Of a stretch of 64,000 bases of DNA, positions 47,730-57,227 are shown in pieces. The notes under the pieces were generated by a model that did not search any database, was not told the origin of the DNA, and saw only the letters and a program-made list of their open reading frames with translations. Source of the stretch: Candidatus Pacearchaeota archaeon (lineage in GTDB: Archaea > Nanobdellota > Nanobdellia > Pacearchaeales > DTIR01); the NCBI GenBank assembly GCA_018303805.1, contig JAGVXL010000001.1, forward strand, positions 177,528 to 241,527. The letters are read 5' to 3'. The position numbers were made by a program, and so were the translations under genes. Every line of letters begins with the position of its first letter. Position 1 is the stretch's first letter.

Positions 47730-48377
47730 ATGGCAGATACATTTGCTTATCATTACAAACAAGGAATTTACTTAAATATAACAAATAGATGCACAAACAA
47801 CTGCATTTTTTGTTTCAAGAATTTTCAAAAACAAAAAAATCCATTCGCCTTTTTGTTGCTTAAAAAAGAGCCAAAACTTGAAGGAATATTAGGCTCAATT
47901 CAATTAGATTATAATACAAGTCCCAGCATAAGAGAAATTATTTTCTGCGGATTGGGTGAGCCCTTATTGAGATTAGATGAAATTGTCCTGCCTGCTGCCA
48001 AAATAATCAAAGAGGAATACAGGAAAAATGTCAGAATCAACACAAACGGGCATGCACTAATCTTATATCCTGGGAGAAATGTTGCAGAAGAACTAAAAGA
48101 TGCAGGAGTTGGTGCTGTTTCTATAAGTTTGAATGCAGAGAATTCAGAGAAATACAACAGATTATGCAGGCCAAAATTTAACATGCAACAGAGGGTTTAT
48201 GAAAAAGTGAAAAAGTTTGGAAAGGCATGCAAGAAAATAGGATTAGAAACAGAATTCACAGCAGTTGAAATTCCCAGAGAGAGAATTTCAAGCGGGATAA
48301 TCGCAAGTATAGAAAAATGCAGGAAAATTTCAATCGGCTTAGGAATCGATTTTAGGAAAAGGGATTATATAAACTAA
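47730..48377 (+). CDS. small radical SAM protein
   Basis: NITNRCTNNCIFC (CxxxCxxC) and GLGEPLL. At about 215 aa its size and start resemble the 'TatD-associated' radical SAM group, though I am recalling that group from memory. Confidence 0.7.
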   Translation: MADTFAYHYKQGIYLNITNRCTNNCIFCFKNFQKQKNPFAFLLLKKEPKLEGILGSIQLDYNTSPSIREIIFCGLGEPLLRLDEIVLPAAKIIKEEYRKNVRINTNGHALILYPGRNVAEELKDAGVGAVSISLNAENSEKYNRLCRPKFNMQQRVYEKVKKFGKACKKIGLETEFTAVEIPRERISSGIIASIEKCRKISIGLGIDFRKRDYIN

Positions 48378-48389
48378 GATTAAAAATGT

Positions 48390-48860
48390 TCAGCTTAATA
48401 AGCTTAGTATCCCCTGTATTACCCCCTGGCTGAAAAATGCAAGGAAAATTATCCCTATTAAACTGCCAATAACTATCAGGAGATATGCAAGATTCTTATT
48501 TGTTTTAAGCAGGAATGCCAGCAAAACAGAACTCCAAATGCCCCCGCCAAAAGAGGGGAGCATGCTCAAAACAAAAATTCCTGTATTGCCTAATTTCTTT
48601 ACAGAGTTCCAAATAGCGTATCTTTTTATTTTTGCCTTTTCAGCAGTTGCGTCAATCCTAACCTTATCTAAAAAAACTATTTTTTTGCCTGTGCTGTAAA
48701 TAAAATAAAAAAAAGGAATCTGAAAAAAGTCTGCTATTGCTGTAAATAAAATGACAAGCCAGGGGTTATTTGTCAGGGCAATGCCATATGGAACCGCGAT
48801 TTTCCTGCCGCCAACAGCATAAAGCAGCAAAAATCCCAGCATAAAAAATAGAATTTTCAT
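48390..48860 (-). CDS. small integral membrane protein (4-5 TM)
   Basis: Hydrophobic 156-aa ORF. It may belong to the 'small multidrug export-like' family, but I cannot verify this. Confidence 0.45.
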   Translation of the reverse strand: MKILFFMLGFLLLYAVGGRKIAVPYGIALTNNPWLVILFTAIADFFQIPFFYFIYSTGKKIVFLDKVRIDATAEKAKIKRYAIWNSVKKLGNTGIFVLSMLPSFGGGIWSSVLLAFLLKTNKNLAYLLIVIGSLIGIIFLAFFSQGVIQGILSLLS

Positions 48861-48868
48861 ATTTAAAT

Positions 48869-49474
48869 CTAAATCCAGATTATTTTGCCTCTCCTCCCGA
48901 TATTTATAACCCTTGTCTTTCCGATTTTCTCCTCTATGCCCTCTGCCTCATGTACGTGGCTGCATAATGCTATATCCGGCTTGAATCTTTCAATTGCTTT
49001 TTTCACTCCCTCCGAACCTGGAAAGAAACGAGTAAATTGGCCTATTAAGGTTTCAGCAGGATGCACATGCGTGACCATCATTTTTTTTCTTGTTCCTTTA
49101 ACACCATCAAAGCCCCTTTTTAACAAATCATATATCTCCTTTTCCTTGAGCATGAATAAGCCTATGTTGGCTCCTCCGCAGCCGAAAATGCCTATATTTC
49201 CTTTCTTGACAGAGTACCCATGCAGGCTTTTCAAGTTTGGATAAAGCTGCATAAGAAAATCTATTGTTGCAATAGTTTCATGATTTCCTGGAACAATTAA
49301 CACCTCCTGCTTTGCCTTCGCGAAGGGCTCTATTAAACCCCGCGTTGAGGTTTCTGCATATGTCAAATCCCCGGCTAGAATCACCAAATCTACCATTTCT
49401 TTCTTTGCCTCGCTTGCAAGTTTTTTTGCGAGTCTTGTATCCCCATGCAAATCCCCCGCTGCCAAAATTTTCAT
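48869..49474 (-). CDS. calcineurin-like metallophosphoesterase
   Basis: AAGDLHGD, AGDLT, GNHE and VTHVHP motifs. Confidence 0.8.
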   Translation of the reverse strand: MKILAAGDLHGDTRLAKKLASEAKKEMVDLVILAGDLTYAETSTRGLIEPFAKAKQEVLIVPGNHETIATIDFLMQLYPNLKSLHGYSVKKGNIGIFGCGGANIGLFMLKEKEIYDLLKRGFDGVKGTRKKMMVTHVHPAETLIGQFTRFFPGSEGVKKAIERFKPDIALCSHVHEAEGIEEKIGKTRVINIGRRGKIIWI

Positions 49475-49579
49475 TTTAAATGCTAAGATACGATCTTATT
49501 TAAAATTTATCTAAACAGGGCAAACAACCGTCTTTCTATTTCACAAAGTTTATTAACACTTTTTCTCTTTTTATAAATA

Positions 49580-50086
49580 ATGGAGATTATTATAATAGGA
49601 AGGGGTGGTCAAGGGGCTGTAAAGGCAGCACAGCTCCTTGCAACTTCTGCATTCCTGTCTGGATATGAGGCCCAAGCATTCCCAATGTTTGGAGTTGAAA
49701 GGAGGGGCGCTCCTGTTAGCTCCTTTGTCAGGATAAGCGACAAGCCGATAAAGACAAGAGCGCAAATCGAAAGGGCGGATTATGCAGTTATCCTAGACGC
49801 AACACTGCTTAATTCAAGAAAGATAGATGCAAGAACAATAATCCTCAATTCAAGCAAGCTGCCTGCGAAATGCAGGGGGATAGATGCAGACGCCATTGCT
49901 TCAAAAATATTCCCAAAAGGAATAAACACTGTGATGATAGCGGCATTTGCTTTCTTAACAGGCATAATAGAAAAAGATGCCCTGCTCAATGCATGTAAGG
50001 AAATCTTTGAAGGAGAAATGGCAAACAAAAACATACAGATTGTAGAGGAAACGTTTTCAAGCTTGGTAAAATTGAGGAAAAAATGA
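49580..50086 (+). CDS. porG: pyruvate/2-oxoacid:ferredoxin oxidoreductase gamma subunit
   Basis: IIGRGGQGAVKAAQLLA...FPMFGVERRGAPV. Confidence 0.85.
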   Translation: MEIIIIGRGGQGAVKAAQLLATSAFLSGYEAQAFPMFGVERRGAPVSSFVRISDKPIKTRAQIERADYAVILDATLLNSRKIDARTIILNSSKLPAKCRGIDADAIASKIFPKGINTVMIAAFAFLTGIIEKDALLNACKEIFEGEMANKNIQIVEETFSSLVKLRKK

Positions 50087-50781
50087 GCACCATGGAGTCC
50101 ATGCTTAACAGTGTATCCAAAAATAACAGGCAATTTGAAGGAAGATACCTAGAAAGAGTGCTGGACGCTATGGAGACTATAAACAGGAAGTTTTTTGTTC
50201 CGCCAGCGATGCAAAATTGCTCTTATGATGACACGCCATTACAGATTGGGAAAGGACAGACAATCTCGCAGCCAAGCACAGTCGCAGCAATGCTTTTGTA
50301 TGCCGAACCTAAGCCCAAAATGAGTATTTTGGAGGTGGGGGCTGGCTCAGGGTGGAATGCGTGTTTAATCCAGTATCTCGTGCATCCAGGCAGGGTTTTG
50401 GCACTGGAAAGAATTTCTTTTCTTGCTAAAAATGCAGAAGAAAATATTGCTAATTTGAGGAAGTATCTTAAAGAAAAGAAGCCAAAAGAAGCAGCAAAAT
50501 TAAACAACCTTAGAATCAGGACAGAAAATGCGCTTGATGAAAACAGCCGCATTTGGCAGGAGAAATACGACAGAATAATAATAACTGCAGGAATTCCCTT
50601 GAATACAGACATGGGGGATATAGTACAAAAAATGGCTGGTAGATTATTAAAAGAGAAGGGCATGCTTATCTGTCCTGAAGTTGAAGGTCCTCTGAGAATA
50701 TACAGGAAAAGCAAGGAATTAATTATCGAACAGACAGAAAGCAGGTATGTCTTTGTGCCCCTGCTTAACGGGGTGGAGTAA
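50083..50781 (+). CDS. pcm: protein-L-isoaspartate O-methyltransferase
   Basis: GKGQTISQPSTVAAML, and the SAM motif ILEVGAGSGWNA. Its ATG overlaps the porG stop (ATGA). Confidence 0.8.
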   Translation: MSTMESMLNSVSKNNRQFEGRYLERVLDAMETINRKFFVPPAMQNCSYDDTPLQIGKGQTISQPSTVAAMLLYAEPKPKMSILEVGAGSGWNACLIQYLVHPGRVLALERISFLAKNAEENIANLRKYLKEKKPKEAAKLNNLRIRTENALDENSRIWQEKYDRIIITAGIPLNTDMGDIVQKMAGRLLKEKGMLICPEVEGPLRIYRKSKELIIEQTESRYVFVPLLNGVE

Positions 50782-50783
50782 AA

Positions 50784-51080
50784 ATGGCAAAACAGGATTC
50801 AAGGAAGGATTCAGGAATAACTGCTGGCGCAGTAATAACAAAAGCAGGCAGCAGCATGAAAAACAAGACAGGCTTCTGGGGGGTCTTCAAGCCAGTATTG
50901 CTGAATAGCAGATGCAACGCTTGCGGAATCTGCGTGCAATACTGCCCTGATGGATGCATTGTAATAAAAGATAAAAAGGCAAGTATAAATCAGGACTATT
51001 GCAAGGGTTGCGCAATATGCTCTAAGGAATGCCCTTCAAAGGCGATAATAATGCAAAAGAAAATTTTAAAATCTTGTTGA
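50784..51080 (+). CDS. porD: pyruvate:ferredoxin oxidoreductase delta subunit (2x[4Fe-4S])
   Basis: CNACGICVQYCP and CKGCAICSKECP. Confidence 0.85.
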   Translation: MAKQDSRKDSGITAGAVITKAGSSMKNKTGFWGVFKPVLLNSRCNACGICVQYCPDGCIVIKDKKASINQDYCKGCAICSKECPSKAIIMQKKILKSC

Positions 51081-51084
51081 AAAA

Positions 51085-52254
51085 ATGCAGATAAAATCAG
51101 GCAGAGCAGGAAATAAAGATGCAAGGAAAATGATTGAGTGCAGCGAGGCAATTGCAGAAGCAACTGCATTATGCAAGCCGGCGGTTGTAGCAACCTATCC
51201 TATAACCCCCCAAACACATATTGTTGAGATGCTTGCGAAGATGCATTCAGAAGGCAGAGTTAATTCAGAGATAATAAATGTTGAATCTGAACATTCTGCG
51301 ATGTCTGCATGCATAGGCGCAGAGGCATGCGGAGTTAGGACTTTTACCGCAAGCTCAAGCCAGGGTATAGCATTAATGTCAGAGATGCTATTTATTGCTT
51401 CAGGGATGAGGCTGCCAATTGTAATGGCTGTTGCCAACAGGGCATTATCAGCACCGATAAACATATGGAATGACCATTCAGATACAATGGCCCAGAGAGA
51501 TGCAGGATGGCTGCAGTTTTATTGCGAGAATGCGCAGGAGGCATATGATTCAATAATTCAAGCGTATAAAATCTCTGAGCAGAAGGATATAATGTTGCCA
51601 AGCATGGTTTGTGTTGATGGCTTTACATTAAGCCATTTATGGGAGCCAGTCAAGATGTTAAGTCAGGCAGATGTTGATTCATTTTTGCCTGTGTATAATC
51701 CATTATACAAACTGGATTCAGAAATTCCTGTAACAATGGGGGCATTGGCATATCCTAATACATACATGCATTTCAAAAAACAACAGCAGGATGCAATGTT
51801 AAATGCAGTTGAGGTTATAAAGAAAACAAATCTCGAATTTGGGAAAAGATTCTCTAGAATCTATGGGAATGGTATGATTGAAACCTATAAAATTGAAGAT
51901 GCAAAAGAGGCAATTGTTGCAATGGGGAGTGTTTGCAGCACAGCAAGAATTGTTATAGATAGATTAAGACAGAAAGGAAGGAAAATTGGCCTGATAAAAA
52001 TCAGGGCATTCAGGCCTTTTCCAAATGAAGAGCTGAAAAAAATTGCAGGCAAGATTGAGAAAATTGCCGTTATTGACAGGGCAATTTCACTTGGCAATTC
52101 AGGGCCCCTATTTATTGAGATTAAGGCAACACTGCCAAAATCTCATATTAATAATTTTATTGTTGGTTTGGGAGGGAGGGACATAAGTGAAAACATAATT
52201 GAGAGCATAGTTAAAAAGATAGGGCAAAAGCAGGAAATTGAATGGGTATTCTAA
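51085..52254 (+). CDS. porA: pyruvate:ferredoxin oxidoreductase alpha subunit
   Basis: ATYPITPQT..., ESEHSAMSAC... and TASSSQG are typical of the alpha subunit. Confidence 0.9.
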   Translation: MQIKSGRAGNKDARKMIECSEAIAEATALCKPAVVATYPITPQTHIVEMLAKMHSEGRVNSEIINVESEHSAMSACIGAEACGVRTFTASSSQGIALMSEMLFIASGMRLPIVMAVANRALSAPINIWNDHSDTMAQRDAGWLQFYCENAQEAYDSIIQAYKISEQKDIMLPSMVCVDGFTLSHLWEPVKMLSQADVDSFLPVYNPLYKLDSEIPVTMGALAYPNTYMHFKKQQQDAMLNAVEVIKKTNLEFGKRFSRIYGNGMIETYKIEDAKEAIVAMGSVCSTARIVIDRLRQKGRKIGLIKIRAFRPFPNEELKKIAGKIEKIAVIDRAISLGNSGPLFIEIKATLPKSHINNFIVGLGGRDISENIIESIVKKIGQKQEIEWVF

Positions 52255-52255
52255 A

Positions 52256-53197
52256 ATGAAAAGAATCAAAAAGTTGGGACAGGCAAAGAAAGAAACGAAA
52301 AAAATTAGAGAAGAGAAACTGGAGGAGTTTGAGGGCTTTGTTTCAGGGCATAATGCATGTGCGGGATGCGGGGCAGCAATAGCAATGAGGCATATTGCAA
52401 GGGTAGCAGGCAGAAACAGCATAATATCAATAGCGACAGGATGCATGGAAGTTGTTTCCACATCTTATCCTCTTACGGCATGGAAACTGCCTTTGATACA
52501 TTCTGCGTTTGAGAATGCTGCCGCAACTGCCTCAGGGATAGATGCAGCATTGAGGCATTTAAACAAGAAAACAAATGTCATTGCCATAGCGGGAGATGGA
52601 GGCACATTTGACATTGGCTTTCAGGCTTTGTCTGGGGCTATAGAAAGAAATCAGAATTTCTTGTTTATATGCTACGACAATGAGGCCTATATGAACACCG
52701 GAATTCAGCGCTCCGGCTCAACCCCTAGATTTACAGAGACAACAACTTCTCCCTATGGCAGGGTTTTGCATGGCAAGCTTGAGTGGAAAAAACAGATGCC
52801 ATTTATTGTTGCAGCTCATGGATGCTATTCTGCAACTGCGAGCATTGCATTTCTTTCAGATTTTCATGCAAAAATAAAAAAGGCATTGGCAATACCCGGG
52901 CCTAAATTTATATCTGTCCTCGCCCCATGCACAATAGGATGGAAAATCCAGAATAGCGATGCAATAGAAATTTCAAGGCTTGCTGTTCAGACAGGCATAT
53001 TCCCGCTTTATGAAGTAGAAAATGGAACTGTGAAGCTTAATTTCGACATTAAAAGCAGACCGGTTTCAGAATATCTAAAACGCCAGGGAAGATTTGAGCA
53101 TCTTAACGATAGGGAAATCCGCGAAGTGCAGAAAAAAGTTGATGAAATTTATGGCAGGATAAAAAATCTTTCCAATTTGCAGATTAAAATTTTCTGA
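52256..53197 (+). CDS. porB: pyruvate:ferredoxin oxidoreductase beta subunit (TPP-binding)
   Basis: CAGCG cluster ligands and GDGGTFDIGFQ...YDNEAYMNTG TPP motif. The ATG at 52256 is preferred over the TTG at 52238. Confidence 0.9.
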   Translation: MKRIKKLGQAKKETKKIREEKLEEFEGFVSGHNACAGCGAAIAMRHIARVAGRNSIISIATGCMEVVSTSYPLTAWKLPLIHSAFENAAATASGIDAALRHLNKKTNVIAIAGDGGTFDIGFQALSGAIERNQNFLFICYDNEAYMNTGIQRSGSTPRFTETTTSPYGRVLHGKLEWKKQMPFIVAAHGCYSATASIAFLSDFHAKIKKALAIPGPKFISVLAPCTIGWKIQNSDAIEISRLAVQTGIFPLYEVENGTVKLNFDIKSRPVSEYLKRQGRFEHLNDREIREVQKKVDEIYGRIKNLSNLQIKIF

Positions 53198-53319
53198 GAA
53201 TAATTTTTTATCGGATACATTTATTTCAGAGGATTATAGAAAGATTTATAAATTAAAATGATAATAGAACATATAGTTTAAGAAATACCTTAATAAGGAT
53301 ATAAGACTAGGGGGAATAA

Positions 53320-53586
53320 ATGAAGGACTCTTTTGAGGTTTTTTTCAGAAAAAAGCCAGCTTTAATGCTGGTTGCATTGAAAAAATCAAGCAAGATAAGG
53401 TATGGCAGCATTCTCGCAAAGGAAGTTGACTGCACTTATTCTCATGCCGTCAAGATTTTGCAAGGTATAGAGAAGCTTGGATTGGTAGTTTTTGAGAAAA
53501 AGGGAAGGATAAAGCTGATAAAGCTGACAAAGAAAGGCGAGGATATTGCAGACAACATTGACAACATAAAAAATCTGCTAAAATAA
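53320..53586 (+). CDS. small winged-helix transcriptional regulator
   Basis: RYGSILAKEVDCTYSHAVKILQGIEKLGLVVFEKKGRIKLIKLTKKG. A GGGGG Shine-Dalgarno sequence lies upstream. Confidence 0.65.
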   Translation: MKDSFEVFFRKKPALMLVALKKSSKIRYGSILAKEVDCTYSHAVKILQGIEKLGLVVFEKKGRIKLIKLTKKGEDIADNIDNIKNLLK

Positions 53587-53610
53587 AAATCAGTTAATTA
53601 GATAGGTTAA

Positions 53611-54240
53611 TCAGGCTCTGCCATGACTCTCACCATTTTTAATGCCTGAGGCAATTATGTGAGCTATTCTTAGGGGCTCTGGAATCAGTGAATGTGTTGC
53701 AGATATTCTCACAATTTTTGCTGCAGCAGTTAGAGAAACTCCGGCAATCTGGATGAACAAATTCCTGCCTTGAATATTTATCTTATGGATTTTTGCTGCT
53801 TTTGCTATCAAATTCATCTTTCTGTCAGCAGTTATTCCTGAATCACTTGCTTTGTCTATGGCTTTTGCAATCTTATTCATATCCGGCATCTTTCTTATTA
53901 TAACAACAACTGGTATGCCTGTTTTTTCGCTTAACTCCCCAATGTCTATAATGTTAAATCCCGCAACAGCAATGCCGTTCAGCATTATGCAGTTAATCTG
54001 CCCATAATGCCTTGTTTTCTTGATTAATTTTACAAGCTTTTCTGTTGCGTCGCTGCCATCCACTTTTACATGGCATGAGAGCAATCCATCCATGTAATTT
54101 CCCCCTCGAAATACTGTAGCAACAACAAGGCATCTATTCTCAAAAAATTTTTCAAATGGAGCGTCATCTATGCCGACAATTCTAATCTCCAGCTTAACAT
54201 TCTTGCCTTTGGTTTTTTTCCTGCTAACTTTGATTATCAT
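53611..54240 (-). CDS. DUF99 (UPF0215) family protein, EndoV-like fold
   Basis: IVGIDDAPF...VKVDGSDATE...IMLNGIAVAGFNIIDI...GIPVVVI. The start is set at ATG 54240. Confidence 0.7.
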   Translation of the reverse strand: MIIKVSRKKTKGKNVKLEIRIVGIDDAPFEKFFENRCLVVATVFRGGNYMDGLLSCHVKVDGSDATEKLVKLIKKTRHYGQINCIMLNGIAVAGFNIIDIGELSEKTGIPVVVIIRKMPDMNKIAKAIDKASDSGITADRKMNLIAKAAKIHKINIQGRNLFIQIAGVSLTAAAKIVRISATHSLIPEPLRIAHIIASGIKNGESHGRA

Positions 54241-54290
54241 TATTCTATTTTGATACAAAACTTTATAAACATTTTCTAACTTTCAGTGAA

Positions 54291-54989
54291 ATGGAGATAA
54301 AACTGAAAAAAAAGCCGCAGAAGCCGGTGATAATTGAGGGATTCCCAAGTCTTGGTTTAGTTGGGGGCATCGCGGCAGAGTTCTTAGTTGATTATTTGAA
54401 TGCAGAGCAGATTGGCTGTTTATACTCAGAAAAATTGCCGCCAGTGGCTTCAATACATAATGGGCAGGTTCTTGATGCATTCGGCATTTTTTATAACGAG
54501 AAAAGCAACATTGTGATTATAAGGCCTCTTACTTTGGCGGCAGGCATGGAATGGGAACTTTCTAATTCCATAGTTAATCTTGCAGATATATTAAAAGCAA
54601 AAGAGCTTATTTCACTGGAGGGCATAAACGCGGGCAGGGGCTTGGCAGAGCCACAGGCATTTTTCTTTACTGCTGACAAGGCAAAATCAAAAAAACTGCA
54701 AAGCCTCGGATTAACTGAAATAAAAGAGGGGCTTGTGTTCGGAGTTTCAGCTTCCCTTCTGTCAAAACAGCCTGAATCAACATTTATATTTACTGAAACA
54801 CATTCAGAACTGCCCGACTCACGCTCGGCTGCCAAGATGGTTGAGGTTCTTGACAAGTATCTTGGATTGAAAATTGATTATAAGCCGCTGATTGAAAAGG
54901 CAGAGATGTTTGAGAAAAAGCTTAAAGGGATAATGCAGGCTGCACAAAAATCTGCTGACAAGACACAAGGCACTTCTTATTTGGGGTAA
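54291..54989 (+). CDS. PAC2-family protein (proteasome assembly chaperone-like)
   Basis: The N-terminal KPVIIEGFPSLGLVGGIAAEFL pattern is characteristic of the archaeal PAC2/PbaA-B family. Confidence 0.6.
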   Translation: MEIKLKKKPQKPVIIEGFPSLGLVGGIAAEFLVDYLNAEQIGCLYSEKLPPVASIHNGQVLDAFGIFYNEKSNIVIIRPLTLAAGMEWELSNSIVNLADILKAKELISLEGINAGRGLAEPQAFFFTADKAKSKKLQSLGLTEIKEGLVFGVSASLLSKQPESTFIFTETHSELPDSRSAAKMVEVLDKYLGLKIDYKPLIEKAEMFEKKLKGIMQAAQKSADKTQGTSYLG

Positions 54990-55028
54990 TTGTTTTTTCT
55001 GTATAAATCTTTAAAACAAGAATAATTC

Positions 55029-55084
55029 TCGGAGTTGCGCTCTGGTTATTGATATCCTGATGTTAGCAGAGCGAAACCCCTCGA
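55029..55084 (-). repeat. 56-nt conserved hairpin element (copy B), immediately 3' of a tRNA-like fragment
   Basis: 53/56 identical to 31411..31466. The A-to-G change in the 5' arm keeps pairing as G-U. Confidence 0.8.
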
Positions 55085-55130
55085 TGGACCTAGCACGATT
55101 TGAACACGCGAATCTGGCTTTACTCGCCAG
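55085..55130 (-). pseudogene. orphan tRNA 3' fragment (anticodon-arm-like + T-arm + 3' acceptor strand)
   Basis: CUGGC-GAGUAAA-GCCAG-AUUC-GCGUG-UUCAAAU-CGUGC-UAGGUCC-A. The T-loop is canonical, but the 7-nt 'anticodon' loop has A at position 33. No matching 5' acceptor strand (GGRYYUR) exists in the 250 nt upstream. Confidence 0.55.
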
Positions 55131-55614
55131 CCTCTTCTGCAGCAGGTTCCTCTTCTGCCTCGTCTGCAGGGGTTGCAAGCTCCATTATTTCAGTCTGCTC
55201 AACATCTTCAAGAGTGCCTTCTTCAGGCTGCGGCAATTGCTCTTTAGCTGGCTCTGCCTTCAAAATTTCAGGAATAACTGACCTCTTTTCTTTCTCATTT
55301 TTGGGCTTTTCTTTTTCCTGCTTCATTTCAACTATTTCTTCCTTTACTTCAACAGGTTTTTTCACAGCAGTTTCTTCTAGCCTTTTTGGCATCGGTCTTT
55401 TGACAGTGATTGGCAGGATGCTCGCATAAAACTCTATTTCTGCGATCTTTAAAGGGTCGTAGTTGATGATTTCAAGCTCATCCTTAGTTATCTTCAGAAG
55501 TATCGGGGCATTCATGGATACCTGCAAAGCCCTTGCTCCAAGAATTCTTGCAATCTCATATTTGGTAAACCTGCTTTCCACTTCCCTTCTTTGCTTTTCA
55601 GTTACCTGTATCAT
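55120..55614 (-). CDS. rpoK: DNA-directed RNA polymerase subunit K (Rpo6) with a roughly 90-aa acidic C-terminal extension
   Basis: The core is [26 protein letters not shown]...[10 protein letters not shown]....LPITVKR. The start is set at MIQVTEK (55614). The stop codon lies inside the tRNA-like fragment. Confidence 0.8.
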   Translation of the reverse strand: MIQVTEKQRREVESRFTKYEIARILGARALQVSMNAPILLKITKDELEIINYDPLKIAEIEFYASILPITVKRPMPKRLEETAVKKPVEVKEEIVEMKQEKEKPKNEKEKRSVIPEILKAEPAKEQLPQPEEGTLEDVEQTEIMELATPADEAEEEPAAEEAGE

Positions 55615-55669
55615 TTTTAAAGTATTTATCAAACACCGATTTTTATTTAAAAATATTTTCAATTAGCGG

Positions 55670-56494
55670 TTATCTTGCAGTTACCTTCTTTATTTTTTCA
55701 GCAATAGCTGGATAGATTTTTTTCCATTCCTCCACAGCAGTATCTATCATCTTGGATATTTCATCCTGTGTAAGAGCACTTTCATTTCCTTTCTGCATTG
55801 CATTAATCATGCAGTCCTTGCCCTTTGGCGAAATGGCAAAACTTACTCTTGTCTCCTGCGCATCTTCCTCTTCCCTGCATGGATCAAGTATTATGCTCCT
55901 GCTTATTTTGTGCAATGTCAAAGTCAAGGGCATATGCTCGGTTAGAGGCAGTTTCTTGCTTGTCCATTTCCCAAATTCCACTCTTTCTGTTTTCTCATTA
56001 TATTTGGGCATCACTGCATTCTGCAGCGCAGCAACAGCAGCAAGGCTGCTTGCATCAATTAAATTCCCATCATCATTCAGGGGGTATATATCCACAAAAA
56101 CAGTCCACACCTTTTCCCCTGATTTTATGCATAATTTATTGAAGTCAATAAATCCTGATTCCCTGATGCCCCTATCAACAACCCTGGCGAGTTCTATGGC
56201 TTCTATTTTAGGTGGGCCTAGCTCAAATCTCTCTGAAGCCAAAGGTGAAAGCTCTACTGTTGTAACAAGAGTTCCTAAATCTTCAGAATCTGTATAGGGC
56301 TCAGAAACGCCAAGCTTTACTCCTGCTGCAACCTCTGTCTTGCCTATCCTGACAAAAGCAGAACCCTCTGCCTTGTTTGACACAGGGCTTTCAATCTCGA
56401 TATTCCGGTACTCAAGCAACTTGCGTGAATCAAATCTCTTGCCCTCTAAGAGGTATTCAGTAATTCTCCTGCGTGTTATATTGCTTGTTTCCAT
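55670..56494 (-). CDS. rrp42: exosome complex component Rrp42 (RNase PH-like, inactive subunit)
   Basis: LEGKRFDSRKLLEYRNIEIE... with an RNase PH fold, following rrp41. Confidence 0.85.
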   Translation of the reverse strand: METSNITRRRITEYLLEGKRFDSRKLLEYRNIEIESPVSNKAEGSAFVRIGKTEVAAGVKLGVSEPYTDSEDLGTLVTTVELSPLASERFELGPPKIEAIELARVVDRGIRESGFIDFNKLCIKSGEKVWTVFVDIYPLNDDGNLIDASSLAAVAALQNAVMPKYNEKTERVEFGKWTSKKLPLTEHMPLTLTLHKISRSIILDPCREEEDAQETRVSFAISPKGKDCMINAMQKGNESALTQDEISKMIDTAVEEWKKIYPAIAEKIKKVTAR

Positions 56495-56527
56495 TTTAGT
56501 TATTTGTTATTTGGGTTGCCGCTCGCC

Positions 56528-57226
56528 TTATTCCTTAACCATCTTCAACGCCTTTTTTTGTTCAGCATAAACTTTTTTGCATGCCTTCTCGCCAGCTTTT
56601 ATTGCCTCTTTCAATTCCTCTCCTGAAATCTTGCCGTCAAGCTGCAGCAAGCAAAGTTTGTTGCTGCGGGAAGTAAAAGCCATTGGCATGTCTGTTGCCC
56701 CTTCCCCATCCTCATAATCCTCCTCCTCCTTTATCAGGTCTGCAACAATGCTCTTGTCTATCTTGCCGATTGAAACTGCACCTACAAGCTCATTCATTGG
56801 CACTCCTGCATGCGCCAATGCAATTGCAGCAGCGTTTATCGCGGCGCATCTTGTTGAGGCATTTGCCTGCAAAACCTGGATAAAAATATCAACAACTGTG
56901 TTGGGAAACTCATCAATTCTCACAGCAGGGGACAAAGCCCATTCAATCACTTTAGAGATTTCCGAGCTTCTCCTGTTCGGGCCTGGCTTTTTTCTCTCGG
57001 TAACAGAGAAAGGCAGCATGTCATAGTTTACTCTCAACACGCCTTTTTCAGGATTCTGCATGTGCTGCGGATGCAATGGCCTCGGGCCATAAACAGCTGC
57101 TATGGCAATCGTGTCGCCAAATGAGAATAGTGCAGAGCCGTCCGCCCTCGGCACAACGCCAATTTTCACTTTCATCTTCCTCAATTCGTCAAATGCCCTG
57201 CCGTCAAATCTTTTTGTGTATGCCAT
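56528..57226 (-). CDS. rrp41: exosome complex exonuclease Rrp41 (RNase PH-like, catalytic subunit)
   Basis: RFDGRAFDELRKMKVKIGVVPRADGSALFSFGDT. The ATG at 57226 is preferred over the GTG at 57235. Confidence 0.9.
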   Translation of the reverse strand: MAYTKRFDGRAFDELRKMKVKIGVVPRADGSALFSFGDTIAIAAVYGPRPLHPQHMQNPEKGVLRVNYDMLPFSVTERKKPGPNRRSSEISKVIEWALSPAVRIDEFPNTVVDIFIQVLQANASTRCAAINAAAIALAHAGVPMNELVGAVSIGKIDKSIVADLIKEEEDYEDGEGATDMPMAFTSRSNKLCLLQLDGKISGEELKEAIKAGEKACKKVYAEQKKALKMVKE

Positions 57227-57227
57227 T

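Noticed and set aside
31411-55084. The two 56-nt direct repeats could be attL/attR of a 23.6-kb integrated element inserted at a tRNA gene.
   Set aside because: The interval contains single-copy core genes that a mobile element would not carry: valS, prf1, sec61-beta, rpoL, radB, topA and the por operon. The tRNA sequences adjoining the two copies are unrelated. No integrase is present.
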